Below are positions 37,413 to 48,299 of a stretch of DNA of 64,000 nucleotides, piece after piece. The notes under the pieces are model-generated. The model searched no databases. It saw only the letters and a list, made by a program, of their open reading frames with translations, and was not told the origin of the DNA. The stretch is from Leucoraja ocellata (Eukaryota). Each line of letters opens with the position of its first letter. Within the stretch, counting starts at the first letter, position 1. The stretch covers positions 5,208,001 to 5,272,000 of the forward strand of contig JAWMAR010000050.1 in assembly GCA_036785375.1 (NCBI GenBank). Direction: 5' to 3'. Both the position numbers and the translations under genes were made by a program.

Positions 37413-38479
37413 TATATGAATACTAGGATAATATATATATTAAACCAACGTATGTTAAATTTGTGCATTGTGTGTGTTAAAGCAATACAAGGAAAACTGC
37501 ACAAAGGAGGGGGCCCTGGGGTGGAAGGATGGGAAGGAAATGGGCAGAAACAGATAGATTAAGCAAGGGGAAACATTTAGAAAGAAAACTAACAAAAATA
37601 TGTGAATTGATAGATGAGCTATATCACACACATATTGTCCCCCTACAACACTGATTACACTGCAAGAGGCATAACGGAAGTCGGGTTGAGCATTCCAAGA
37701 TGGCGACAATTAAGCTCCGTTATGTACTACACCTCAATGCATTGAATTACGTAAGAGTGGAGTATCTTGCTCTGCTCTAAGATCTTTGGTACAATCCAGA
37801 ACAAAGAAACTACAAAGTATCGAACGCCCTGGAGTGCAGATGTTGATGATGTTACGATGAAATGTGCCAATTGGTAGTGTTTTATTTAGTGAGCTTATGT
37901 GGAAATCTGGCCAATTCCAAGCTCTGGGTTCGACCCTGACCTGGGTCTGTCTGGAGTTAGCACGTTCTCCCTGTGCAATATAACGTTGCTTTCCTTCACA
38001 TTATTTCCTGCACCCGCACATTCCTTTAGATGTGCGGGTGCAAATGGGTGATCGGCGTGGACTTGGTGGGCCGAAGGGTCTGTTTCCATGCTGTGGTAAA
38101 CCAAATTAATCTAACTAGGTAAAGGTAAGTCATCGGAGGACGCAGGGAAGGTGAACACGGGAACAGGTGGGGTTGAAGGGAGGAAGGAAAGTTGGCTGGG
38201 ACCAAAAAGAACTAGGGGGCTTAGGTGAGGCGGAAAGATTTAATAAGAACTTGAGGTTCAACTTTCATCACATAGTGGGTGGTGGGGAAGTTACTAAGGC
38301 AGGTATAATAACAATATTTTGAAAGACATTTGGTTATGTGCATGGATAGGAACCCTCTCTCTCCATCCTCTCCCTCTCTCCACCTCTCTCCATCCCCCCC
38401 TCCTCTCTCTCTCCACCTCTCTCTCTCTCTCTCTCTCTCTGTCCACCCTGCCTCTTATTCCCCACTGTCCAAACAGATG

Positions 38480-39112
38480 AATCACAGTCCGGTCCCACTC
38501 AGCCTGGGTGTATGGGTGCCATGCTCACTCGGGCTGTCCTCCCGGGTTATACAGGGTTAATATACAGGGGCGAACCATGCACCTCTCTCCTGCACAACCC
38601 CAGGAGGCAGATTTGTGAGCGGAGTCTCACTACCGTCACCTCCCGAGTGTCTCATCCCTGTCCGGGGGCGGCCGGAGATGTCCGGGGTGACAGGACACTG
38701 GCCCGGAGCAGTGGCGGCCCTAGGCTTACAGCCAGCGTGGTGAAGAAGCGCTAACACGTTCCCCGGTGGGCCGGGGACCGTTAGCTGCACGTCTCGCCTT
38801 ATCCAGTGGTTGTTGGTTAACCCCCTCGGAGAGAGAGAGAGAGAATGTCCTCCAATGCTGCCGGGAGAGGTTCTGCGGAATTCCAGAGGGTGGGTTTGTG
38901 AAGTGAGATAGAAATAAGATCGAATTAATGTTCATAGAAGAACGACACCTGTCCGCTATTGAGTTGACAGAATTCTAGATTAATTCATTGGTAGAATACT
39001 TAACAATTTATACAGTTTATACAGCCAACGCTTCCTTTGCTTTTTCTTTATCACGAATGACCTTTGACAAATCCCATGATTCCTTGCATTTTTCGGAATA
39101 CCGAACTTGCTT
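38480..39112 (-). mobile_element. Partial inverted copy of the 45570-46678 transposon family
   Basis: 39030-39112 is the reverse complement of 45570-45650. GC-rich internal blocks are shared with 45740-46560. Confidence 0.7.
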
Positions 39113-39521
39113 AATAGTTGGAAGAAGGATCCTGACCCTAAACATCATCAATCCATGTTTTCCAGAATGCTGCCTGACCCACTGAGTTACTCCAGCACCT
39201 TGTGTCTTTTTCTGGTGTATCTTAAGTGTTTGTTGTGACAGAGCGAGAAAAAGTATTGCACCAGATTTGCCGTGGGTTAAGAAGAAAAAACAGATATTAC
39301 AATTTCTGCAGCACTGATATCAATTTGAGTAAACTGGAAGTTTGATGTTATTAATTGAAAGATGCTACTACATTACATAATTGTTCGGCCAGAAATATGT
39401 GTAATGGAATTCATGTTTATTAAATAAATAGTATAACCTTAAAAGGATGAAGAAAATTAAACTTACAACAGCTTAAACAAACAATTAATTCAAAATAAAT
39501 TAAGCAAACCTGTGGTCTTAC

Positions 39522-39595
39522 CATATTCTGTGTTGAGACCCCACAGCTTTACTTTATTAGCTTCATATTGTGCCTTTTTCTTTAGGCGACAAGCC
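39522..39595 (-). CDS. CREBRF: CREBRF 74-bp exon (bZIP)
   Basis: ttgcag|GGCTTGTCGC ... GAATATG|gtaaga. Encodes (R)ACRLKKKAQYEANKVKLWGLNTEY(D). Too short for the ORF track. Confidence 0.97.
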
Positions 39596-39694
39596 CTGCA
39601 AATAAAAATATACTATCAAGATATGCTTACTTTCAAATTGCTAACCTAGGTAAGTTAACTGAAAACTTACTAAGTAGAAAAGTAGAAAATCAGG

Positions 39695-40120
39695 AATGAG
39701 TGGGTTAGCATATGATGAGCATTTGACACCACTGGGCCTCTACTCGCTGGAGTTGAGGTTGAGGGGGAACCTCATTGAAACTTACAGAATAATGAATGGT
39801 ATAGATAGAGTGGATGTGGAAAGGATGTTTCTACTGGTGGGAGTCATAGTCTCAGAATTAAAGGGCTCTCTTTTAAAAAGGTGAGGAGGAACCTCTTTAG
39901 TCAGAGGGTAGTTAACCTGTGAAACTCATTGCCACAGAGGCTGTGGAGGCCAAGTCAGTGGATATTTTTAAGGCAGACATAGACAAGTTCTTGATTAGAA
40001 TGGGTGTGAAGGGTTATGGGGAGAACGCATAAATGGGATTAGGTGGCAGAGATTAGCCATGATTGAATGGTGGCGTAGACTCGATGGGCCGAATGGCCTT
40101 ATTCTACTATAACTTGTGAA
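39695..40120 (+). mobile_element. CR1 3' fragment
   Basis: GLAYDE.L..LGLYSLEL..RGNLIETY motif followed by a CR1 3'UTR. Confidence 0.8.
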
Positions 40121-40355
40121 CGTGAAAAGTCAATGCAGGTAATTCTGCCATAATGTGATGGTTGTGTTCCTAAGAAACCACTTTTTATAGAAAATCACAT
40201 AAGGCCAATTGTGCCAATAAGGGAGAAGGAGGTTAGCAATTAGAACGTTTCACATTCACAATAACAATGTTTTTTCCCCATCGATTTTCCAAAACAATCT
40301 TTTCAATAGCAATGTTTATTTTTATTACTGCTGGCTAAAAATACATATGGCTGTA

Positions 40356-42044
40356 CAGGGCTCTCGCTTAACTTATTTTCCCTGTTGCCAGCCGGGCAAC
40401 CTTGGCAGCCTTTCAGGTTGCCAAATGACAGTTTAGGTGGTCATTTAAGATGGCTTGCATGACGCGTGCGATAATGTGCTCGGACGAAGTGCGTAGTTAC
40501 CAGTCGGAATTATACTCAATGAAGCATTCACATATTATGTCTGCTTCAAATAAAGTCACAAACTAAACATTCACCAATCAAGACATGATACATCACGCAG
40601 CAAAATTATAAGACAGTATCTCAACTCTTTTTACACATTGCAATTAATGCAATTTCTATTAGTTCTTTCCACTTCCAAATAAAAATGTGGTTGAATTATT
40701 CAGCGTATGATCAACCTGTGTCAATAAATCCTGGACCATGGTAACATATATGCGTACGTATAGTTGTGAATGTTGCTCTGAAGACATTTCCAGGCTAATA
40801 GGGTCGGGGGGGGGGGGGTGTGTGAATCAGTGCGGGGTGGATAGATGGCGGGGGGGGAAGGGGGGTTAGAAGGCAGTCGGTGCAGAATGGATGGATTGAG
40901 GCAGGTGAATTAGTACGTGTTGGTTGGAGTAGGTAAAATTGTGAGCGGAGAGCACGGGGGATGTCAGTGATGTTGAATGGGGGGGTTCAGTACGGGATGG
41001 ATGGGGTAGACAAAAGTGCTGGAGAAACTTAGCGGGTGAGGCAGCATCTATGGAGCGAAGGAAATAGGCAACGTTTCGGGTCGAGACCCTTCTTCAGACT
41101 GTTCCCCCCATTCTTCTTGAATGGGAGGATCAGTACAGGATGGATGGGGGGGGGGGGGGGGGGATCAGCGCAGGATGAATGGGGGGAGGGGGTTAGTACA
41201 GTGTGGATCGGAGGGTTTGTGCAGGATGAATGGGGGATCACTACAGGATGAATGAGGGGAAGGCGCAGGGTAAATGGATGGGGGATCAATGCGAGGTGGA
41301 TAGGGTGATCAGCGCAGGATGAATGGATTGGGGGGCGGGGGGGGGAGCACAGGGGATGTCATTGAGGACTGAATAGAGGCGGGAATGGGAGTCAGTGCTG
41401 GATGTAGAGGAGGGGTCCCAGGATAGGGGGGGGGGGGGCGTACAAGAGAGAGAGAGAGAGAGAGAGAGAGAATGGGGGCGAGGTGGGGAGGAAGGAAGGT
41501 CAGCGCTCCTCGGACAACATCGCCCCGCTGCCTTGGCCTTTGGGATCTCCTCGCCACTGCCTCTCTCCTCCGCCAGCCAACAGCAAGGTGCGGGGCCGAG
41601 CGGTGCAGCTCAAAGATCCTATAGCTATAGGATTTATGGTGCAGCTGCTTCATCACCACCTGCTTCCTGATAGCGGCCGCCGCTTGCAAACCCGCTAACG
41701 GCGCACTTTCAAAACAAACCCCCCCCCCTCCCTCCCTCATCTCCTCCCGCCCCCTCCCCCCTCCCGGGCGCGGGGCGGGAGGAGGAGGAGATGGTTCGGG
41801 GGCCATCATTCGCTTCGACCCTTCATCAACACGCAATACAGCCGTCCCCGCCGACACAAAATGTCGCGTTCCTTTTCTCCAGAGATGCTGCCTGACCCGC
41901 GGAGTTACTCCAGTTTTTTGTGTCTATTTTCGGTGCAAACCACTATCTGGTTGCCAAGCCGGGCAAAATGACTCGGTGTTTAGGTTGCCCGGCGGTGCTT
42001 TGAGTGGTCAATGGCACCCGGGCAACCGTTAATTTCGAGCCCTG
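40356..42044. mobile_element. Non-autonomous hAT-like element with 5-bp TSD
   Basis: ctgta|CAGGGCTC ... GAGCCCTG|ctgta. GGCAAC/GTTGCC subterminal repeats at both ends; G-rich interior containing Penelope-terminal-repeat copies. Confidence 0.8.
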
Positions 42045-43433
42045 CTGTATGTTACATTGTGTATTAACAAAGCTTCCTTGCACAGGAGTCAATAGAAATG
42101 ATTGCTAGATAATTCCAAAGGCCATCCACAGTTAAAAGTAGCAGCTATGTGCTTAAGAGGCAATGGTATTCGGTAACTGCAAGGAGATTACATAGAAACA
42201 GGTCTTTCCCCCTGCTCAAATCCAAGACAGCTTCTTTTCTGCTTGTCAATCTAATGTCTCACTAATGGATGATCTTGTTTTATCCATGTCATATAATGGA
42301 AGCGTGTGTTATCGCAGATCTACTTATTCCAACTTGCAGATCATTTACCATTTCCCCGCTTTTCATTAACATTTTATAAATTACCGTTTTAACAAAAAAG
42401 GCAAAACGAGTGGTAAAAGTAAAATCAAAAGTAGAATCTTCATTGTTTAAATGCTAGGGTTGCCACATTAGAATAAAACGTGAGAGGCTCACGTTTTTCT
42501 AATGTTGAACGTGTTCTCTAACTTTTACCCTTGAAAAGTGTTATACAGACATAGGTTTACCATGGTTTATGCCATCACACATGACCCCGAATAATCCTTA
42601 AGAACAGGAAGAATTGGTGCACTTCAAGCAGATGAATGATAAATACATTTTTAAAGATAAATCAATAATGTTATTTAATTCTCATTCTTTGGACAAAAAA
42701 AACTAGTGACGTATATTTAAAATAACCTATTTGTTAAACTAATGGTTTAGCATGTTGATAATGATAGCAGTGGGCTAGATTATCTTCTCTCAGCCATATT
42801 TAGACAAAAAAACAAGTGGTTTAAGTTTAAGGATTTAAATATTTTTGAGAAGTGGGATTTTTCTACGGATGTTGTCTGTATGGATTTTCAGAAGACATTT
42901 TTTTGTAAAAATTTCACACAAAAGGCAGACAAATTCATGTAAATGGAATTACAGGCAAAATAATGGCCTTTCTGGTAGACTAGTTTAGTGGTTGAAGACT
43001 TTGGAAAATGGGTATGTGCTAGAACTTGAGAAGTGACCAGTGGTGTCTTACATGAATATGCATTGGGACCTCAATTACCTACATTTAATGATAATTAACA
43101 TAAAGCAAAAAAAACATCTAAACAGTCAAATTCAATCATTTTGGACCAGAGATATAGCCACGTATTTTTATGTGATTTAACCACCCATGAATCATGTAAG
43201 TTAAAGTAGTCAGATATTTAATAAAAATCCAAGTCACTACTGGAGTTAAAACTTGGAATATAAACGGCAGAATATATTGCTACAAATGGTCTCCAGTGCG
43301 CTGGGCATTACATTAAAAAATTTATTTAAAAAAATCAGACTGCCAATTCCTCAATGCTTTCATTGCTTTGAAGCCTACGAAGATGATCAGTTCCTCATTT
43401 TATATAGAATATATAGTACAGAATTAGTCCATT

Positions 43434-44328
43434 GGTAGGCGGCGCGACTCTGGTCTGCAGCCTGTCCGCGTTTTTATTATTTTTTGTCTGTGTTTTTATG
43501 TAGTTTTTGTTATTTTATGTTGGGGTGTGTGTGGGGGGGGTGGGGGTGGGGTGGGAGGGGGGGGGAAACTTTTGAATCTCTCCCTGCACTGGAGACCCGA
43601 CCTTTTCTCGTCGGGTCTCAGCTGTCGTTGGGGCCGCAACGAGGAGTGGCCTCCAACAGGAAGAAGCCGGGGACTCAGGTGCCGACTCACCTCACCGTCG
43701 CGGAGCTGGCCGAGACCGGAGCGGGTGGAGCGGTGGAGGAGCGTTGCCGCTGCCGCTGCCGATGCTGCTGCTGCTGCCGATGCCGCTGCTGCTGCTGCCG
43801 CCGCTGTTGCTGCTGAGTCGGAGGCTGCTGCTGCGGGTCTGCGGACGGTGGCACCGGGAGCCCGCGGATCCCTGGAGGGAGACCGCTTTTCGGGGCTCCT
43901 GCAACGGCGACTTCTCCCGCCCGAGTTGCGGGGTCGAAGAGCTCCTGGAGCGGGGCTTAGCACCACTGCCCCGCACGGCTTGGAATGCGGGACTTTGCGA
44001 GCGCACGCCGGGGGCTCCAACATCAAGACCCGGTGTGCGACCTTGCACCACCCGGCGTGGCTTTAATGGCCGCGGGACAATCGCCATCGCCAGCCGGGGG
44101 CTTTGACTTTGACTCTGACATCGGGGGGGAGAGAGTGCAGTGGAGAGATAAGTTTATTTGGCCTTCCATCATAGCTATGTGATGGATGTTTATGTAAAAT
44201 GTAATTATGTTGTGTCTGGGGTCTATTTGTGTGTAATGTATGGCTGCAGAAACGGCATTTCATTTGGACCTCCAGGGGTCCAAATGACAATTAAATATAC
44301 TCTTGACTCTACTCTCTCTTGACTCTTC
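43434..44328 (+). mobile_element. GC-rich non-coding retroelement with internal (GCT/GCC)n and (CTTGACT)n-like tail
   Basis: Abrupt GC-rich block ending TGACAATTAAA plus a tandem tail; no credible protein. Confidence 0.55.
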
Positions 44329-44872
44329 AGCTGAATTGTTCAAACTCTGATAGCCTAATCCTCCACCTTAAATATATCACATTCTCCTTAAATCATCGCT
44401 GAATTAATGAGTTTTACATTTTCCTCTCAGAGAAGACTTTTACTTTTGTACTGATAATTATATATTAATTATGAGGAAGAGGATAGCCATACATACATGA
44501 AAAACATTGCATACCTACTCCATTCCCTCATAAATTTAAAGACCTCTCTTAAATCATCCTTCAGCTTTTGCTTTCTACGGGGCCAATCCTGTACATTTCC
44601 TGTAAGGTACAACTTCACAGTTCGAGTAATGTAAATGTAAACCTAGTCCACAACCTTGAAACCCCTTGTATAATATACTAACCACAATTATATGCTGAAT
44701 GCCATGGAAAAATAATCAAGTTTTCATAATGCTTAGCAGAACTCCTCTACTTTTCAATGCTATTTCCTCAGAAATAAACACAGCTTGTTTTTGTTTTACA
44801 GCTTCGTAACCAACATCACAACATTTTGCATTTTATGTATTTGTACTTCCAACTCCCTTTGGCCCTCTAACC

Positions 44873-45202
44873 CAGTGATTCCCAACCTGGGGCCATGGCA
44901 AATTTCAGGGGTGCCATAGAAACAGTTTGGGATTTAGGGGGCCACAGGTTCAATGAAGAGCTACCACCCTGTTGCCTCCTAAATTTCAGTTCTAATAAAT
45001 TTAAATCTATGCAGTTTAAATATTTTTGATGTTTGTGGAATAGAATAAAAGAGAATATATATGTGCAATTAATACACTGATATTTTTATGGAAGGTATTA
45101 TAATATTGAAGTTTTTTTTCTGCTAATACTGTCAGGGGGGGCCACAGAAAAATTTAAAGATCCCAAAGGGGCCATGAGCTAAAAAAAGGTTGGGAACCAC
45201 TG
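44873..45202. mobile_element. hAT-Charlie-like MITE (330 bp)
   Basis: ctctaacc|CAGTGATTCCCAACC ... GGTTGGGAACCACTG|ctctaacc; perfect 8-bp TSD. Confidence 0.9.
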
Positions 45203-45569
45203 CTCTAACCTAATTATCAAAATAGCATTTAATCCTTTATTAAAGAATATGGCATTCCCCATAATGTCACATTGAAATCAATTTGCCAATTTATAAACCC
45301 ATTCATAAATATCAATATCTTCCTGTTATTTTATTGTACCCCATTTCATTGTTGACTCTCCAAAATTATTTATTCAACAAATTAAAAAAATATTTTGATT
45401 CCAAAGTTTAAATCATTAATATAAATGGTGAACAGTTCATATTTGATCATTACCACTGTCCATGTTTGGTACTTTTCACACTCTACGTTAGTTATGCTTT
45501 GTTCTCTGCTTGCTGTCTTTCAACCAATTCAGTGTCTTTTCTTGATCCCTCTCTATACATAACCCTAAT

Positions 45570-46678
45570 AAGCGAGTTTGGCATTCCAAAAAACGCAAGG
45601 AATCATGGGATTTGGCAAAGGTCAATTGCGATAAAGAAAAAGCGAATGAAGAGCTGGATGTACAAACTGTGTATAAATTCTTGTCTATATTCATACTTTA
45701 TGTGTAAAAAAATATTTAATTTGAGGAACGGGGGTGCCAGGTAGAGGGAGAGCGGGTATGTAACAGCGACGTCTGAGGCAACCTCGGACCGACAGGACAC
45801 TGGCCTGGAGCAGTAGCGGCCCCAGGCCCACAGCCAGCGAGGAGAGGAAGCACCAACTCCAGCCCAACCCCGCTCCAACTCCCGAGGAACCTGCTCTCCG
45901 ACGGGCTGGGGACTGCCAGCCGCACCCCCCGCCCCACCCAGCAGCCACCCCCCCCCGGCGCTAGCCATCAACAGGGGGACCACACGCAAAACGCTGCAAC
46001 AACACAGCGGGACAGTCAGCATCCCCGGAGAAAAGGAATGAATGACGTTTCAGGTCGAGACCCTTCCCCAGAGATGTTGTCTGACCCGCCAAGCCACCGT
46101 AGCAACCCGTGGTCATCCCCGCTGATGACCGGCGCTCGGTCCCCTCCGGCACTGAAAGGGCCAACCAACAGCTACTGGACAAGGCGAGAGGCGCAGCCGA
46201 CGGTCCCCAGCCCGCCGGGGAACAGGCCCCTGGGGAGCCAGAGCAGAGCCGGAGCCAGCACCCCCCCCCCCCCCCCCCCCCCATCCACGCCGGCTGCAAG
46301 CCCGGGGCTGCTACCGCTCCAGGCCGGCGCCCTGCCAGTCCAGGACTGCCGGCAAATCCGGCAGGACAGGCAGAGCCGAGCTGGAGCCAGCGCCTCCCTC
46401 GCAGCGCCGGCTGTAAGCCCAGGGCCAACACCGCCTTGGGCCGGTGCCCCACCAGCCCAGGTACTCTCTGCACACCTCCAGCCACCTCGGACAGGGACGG
46501 GACACCCGGGGATGGCCCAGCAGCAACTCAACAGCACCCGCAGCGCCAGAGACCTGGGCCCGACCTCGACCACAGACAAAACGCAGGCCTGCACACATGC
46601 AGCAGCACAGCTGCCGAGAATGTTTATCGCAAGTGACCTATGACCTGGGCATGTGCAGTCGGAATGCTGAACTCGCTT
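45570..46678 (+). mobile_element. Non-autonomous TIR transposon (possibly ISL2EU/Harbinger-related)
   Basis: AT|AAGCGAGTTTGGCATTCC ... GGAATGCTGAACTCGCTT|AT; GC-rich repetitive interior. A TA-TSD reading is equally possible. Confidence 0.7.
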
Positions 46679-48299
46679 ATTTATTCTTAGTCTCATTTTG
46701 TAATACCTTATCCAAGTTATTTTAAAAATTCAAATATATCATAACTGCTGCATTACTATTAACCCTATTCCTTCATCAATTGTTGTTTATAGTTAAGTAT
46801 TGCTGTGTACTATTTTTCTCTGTGATTAAATTCTATTCCTCACAAACTAAAGCCATTGTACTGATCTTCTGTAACTTCCTGGACTTATTCCATCTTATGA
46901 CAGGCAGTCCAAGGTTATCCATCACTCCTCAGGTACATCTTTTTTCTAATGAATTAGTAAATGTATGAAATGTTTATACGATTGTCTTACATAAATTCTG
47001 AGAATATGTAGATCAAGGAGAATATGTGGATCAAGCAATCAAGGGCATTTATACTGTTTTATTCACTATTTCTCTTATATTTAATTCCACATTTAATTTG
47101 TAATATAATTTTGATTTTGTGTTCAAGTGTTCCATTTCAAGTAAGTAACGATGCAAAGTAATTAATAAACATTCTTTTGTTACTGATTTTGTTTTCTGAC
47201 CATTCCATTATGACCATATTCTCATTCTAACTTTTTTGTTATATGGGCTGATAAATATTTTTATTGTTTTAAGGGTTGTGATAATTTAACTTCATTATTC
47301 CTCTTATTCTTTTAAATTCTTTGAAAGGAATTGATACATGAAAAATAAATATTTTCTGCAAGTGGACAATTATAAAACTACTGAGCCAGAAGTTGGAAAA
47401 TACTTCAAGAAAATGGATGGTGGAAGTTACTCACATATTTTAATTAATTAACATCTTTAAAGCTAAGCTCAAGAATCTTGTCTAGTTAAGGGTGGTAAGG
47501 GACAAGTAGCCAATGTAGACAATGAAATTAGGATACAGATCACACATAACTGAAGGACGGACAGACTTGAGATGCTGACTGGACTATTTTCCCGTCCTAT
47601 CTCCCCGTTCTCCACAGAGGAAGTGGAAAATCAGCTTGATTTTCAAACTTAATTATTATCCAGCATACTTGTATGTCGAAATAGACAATTCGCCCTCCCT
47701 CCTTCAATAACTAAGTTGACAAAGAAAGCTCACGAAAATCCCCTCAAAGAGAGTCAGTGTTCAGAATTAGAGAGAAAATGGGAAAGAAAAAAGAACCAGT
47801 GCTTTAGTTTTAGATGCAATTTACATACAATTTTAAACACTACCAGAACCAGATGTAAATTCGGTGTCTGATTCATTAACAAAAATATTTTTCAGTTGTT
47901 GGAAAATACCCCATATTGGTTTCTCAATAAAACAGTTTCCAGGCCATTTGATCTGTTAACCAAAAGCAATGACTATTAAAAATAGTTATGATAAGAAATG
48001 CAAAAGGTATAAGTCAGTCATGGCATGCAAAAACTTTATGAAATGTAGTTTAAGAAATATTGTCATCAAAGCTGTATCTCCTTGTAATAAAGTGCATTAC
48101 TCACCTTTAGAATAATGTAGTCATCATTTTCTGAAAAGGTACACTCCACATCCCAAGGGTAGGTAGCCTATTCAACTGGGGGAAAAAAATAATTAAAAAA
48201 ATTACAGGGCTGTGCCTCCGCTACTACTGCTTGAAGTTCACCAACACTCCTGGCAGAGAACAGAGTTAGGAACAAAGTCCTTTTGACAGCAGCTTTAAT

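Larger units (their letters stand above)
32941..37788. mobile_element. Composite TIR transposon (hAT- or P-like) containing nested insertions
   Basis: 34-bp TIRs CAAAGATCATAGAGCGGAGCAAGATACTCCACTC / GAGTGGAGTATCTTGCTCTGCTCTAAGATCTTTG (2 mismatches). 8-bp flanks gtacaaac / gtacaatc. Confidence 0.75.

Noticed and set aside
43484-44106. Overlapping Ala-, Cys- and Leu-repeat ORFs resembling a transcription-factor poly-Ala tract
   Set aside because: GC-rich repeat open in many frames around a (GCT/GCC)n run; no splice context or recognisable domain.
45961-46696. Several 170-200 aa ORFs in a CpG-island-like block
   Set aside because: Interior of a TIR-bounded non-autonomous element; stop-poor because of GC content. 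The same applies to 36089-37120 and 41309-41857.
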